A stretch of 64,000 bases of DNA from Squalus acanthias (lineage: Eukaryota), in assembly GCA_030390025.1 (NCBI GenBank), contig JASTWF010000332.1, positions 186,001 to 250,000 of the forward strand, read 5' to 3'. How positions within the stretch are numbered: position 1 is the first letter of the stretch; each line of letters begins with the position of its first letter. Made by a program: the position numbers and the translations under genes. The notes under the pieces are model-generated. The model did not search any database and was not told the origin of the DNA. It saw nothing but the letters and a program-made list of their open reading frames with translations. Of the stretch, positions 62,461 through 64,000 are shown one piece after another.

Positions 62461-63458
62461 AACTAGTGGGGTACCGCAGGGATCGGTGCTAGGACCGCAG
62501 CTATTCACAATATATATTAATGATCTAGACGAGGGAACTAGATGTAATATCTCCAAGTTTGCAGACGACACAAAGCTGGGTGGGCGAGTGTGCTGTGAGG
62601 AGGATGCAGAGAAACTCCAGTATGATTTGGACAGGTTGGGTGATTATACTGCATCTGCCCAATGTGGATAAATGCGAGGTTATCTACTTTGGTGGCAAAA
62701 ACAGGAAGGCAGATTATTATCTGAACGGCAATAGATTGGGAAAAGGGGAAGTGCAACGAGACCTGGGTGTCCTTGTGCACCAGTCGCTGAAGGTAAGCAT
62801 GCAAGTGCAGCAGGCGGTTAAGAAGGCAAATGGTATGTTGGCCTTCATAGCGAGAGGATTCGAGTACAGGAGCAAGGATGTCTTGCTGCAGTTGTACAGG
62901 GCCTTGGTGAGACCACACCGAGTATTGTGTGCAGTTTTGGTCGCCTTATCTGAGGAAGGATGTTCTTGCCATGGAGAGAGAGAAGATTCACCAGACTGAT
63001 ACTTGGGATGGCAGGAATGACGTATGAAGAGAGATTGGGTCGATTAGGCTTATATTCGCTAGAGCTTAGAAGAATGAGAGGGGATCTCATTGAAACTTAT
63101 AAAATTCTAACAGGACTAGACAGACTAGATGCAGGAAGGATGTTCCCGATGGCAGGGGAGTCCAGAACCAAGGGTCACAGTCTAAGGATAAGAGGTAAGC
63201 CATTTAGGACTGAGATGAGGAGGAATTTCTTCACCCAGAGAGTGGTGAACCTGTGGAATTCTCTACCACAGAAGGCAGTTGAGGCCAATTCATTAAATAT
63301 ATTCAAGAAGGTGTTAGATATATTTCTTAAGGCTAAGGGGATCAAGGGATATGGGGAGAAAGCAGGGACAGGGTACTGAATTTGGATGATCAGCCATGAT
63401 CTCATTAAATGGCAGAACAGGCTCGAGGAGCCGAATGGCCTACTCCTGCTCCTATCTT
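62461..63458 (+). mobile_element. 5'-truncated CR1 LINE, RT C-terminal half
   Basis: [30 protein letters not shown] through RNFFTQRVVNLWNSLP, then the 3' UTR. Confidence 0.92.
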
Positions 63459-63479
63459 AAACACAGGTCGGTACTTTTA

Positions 63480-64000
63480 CAATGACAATTTGCATTTATC
63501 TAGCGCCTTTAATGTAGTAAAACATCCCAAGGCCCTTCACAGGTGCGTAATCAGACAAAAATTGACACGGAGCCCAAGAAGGAGGCATTAGGACAAGTGA
63601 CCAAATGCTTGGTCAAAAGAGGTAGGTTTTATGCCGAGTCTTAAAAGGAAAAAGAGAGGTGGATAGGCGATGAGGTTTGGTGTGCGAATTCCAGAGCTTA
63701 GGTCCCAGATGGCTGAAGGCACAACCGCCAATGGTGGGCCGAAGGAAATGGGGGATGCACAAGAGGCCAGAGCTGGAGGAATGTAGAGTTTTCTGAGCAT
63801 TGTAGGGCTGGAGGAGGTTACAGAGATAGGGGTTTGAAAACAAGGATGAGAATTTTAAATCAAGGCGTTGATGAACTGGGAACCAATGTAGGTCAGCGAG
63901 CACAGGGGTGATGAGTGAATCAGGATACATGCAATAGCATTTTGGATGAGCTAAAGTTTATGGAGGGTGGAAGATGGGAGGCCGGCCAGGAGAGCATTGG
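63480..64000 (-). mobile_element. L2-type LINE 3' fragment running off the window end
   Basis: ORF 63613-63930 reads ITPVLADLHWFPV...GGCAFSHLGPKLWNS...KTYLF. Confidence 0.85.

Noticed and set aside
1..64000. Prokaryotic-type systems (CRISPR arrays, operons, retrons) or additional host genes
   Set aside because: No regularly spaced repeat-spacer array and no intact long ORFs were seen; all RT and nuclease motifs belong to decayed eukaryotic retrotransposons. Other NOS1AP exons were looked for by eye and not found.

Overview
This is eukaryotic vertebrate DNA, very likely from a shark or other cartilaginous fish. That assignment is inferred from HE1-like V-SINE, SacSINE1/Deu-like SINE, HER1-like CR1 and Penelope repeats. 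The window lies inside the NOS1AP (CAPON) gene on the minus strand. Only two small coding exons of the PTB domain were found: 30000-30092 ([31 protein letters not shown]) and 6522-6580 (KKEWTWDESKMLIMQDPIY/R), separated by a ~23.4 kb intron. The rest is intron, heavily filled with decayed transposable elements: CR1 LINEs (one near-full-length copy nested in another), L2 3' ends, tRNA-headed SINEs, an RTE, Penelope-like (GIY-YIG) fragments carrying minimal hammerhead ribozymes, and TIR-bounded MITEs. Almost every long ORF in the track is a TE pseudogene fragment or its antisense shadow. The most interesting observations are: (1) a TSD-flanked 221-bp mini-element forming an 88-bp near-perfect hairpin with a hammerhead core on each strand, 66 nt from a NOS1AP splice acceptor, plus a second TSD-flanked copy of the same family; (2) a LINE with no apparent ORF1 that starts with a tRNA-like head; (3) a ~200-bp-arm inverted repeat split by a SINE; (4) a Penelope inverted repeat whose ribozyme was interrupted by a MITE. 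No database search was run. Family names come from motif recognition and TE boundaries are approximate.
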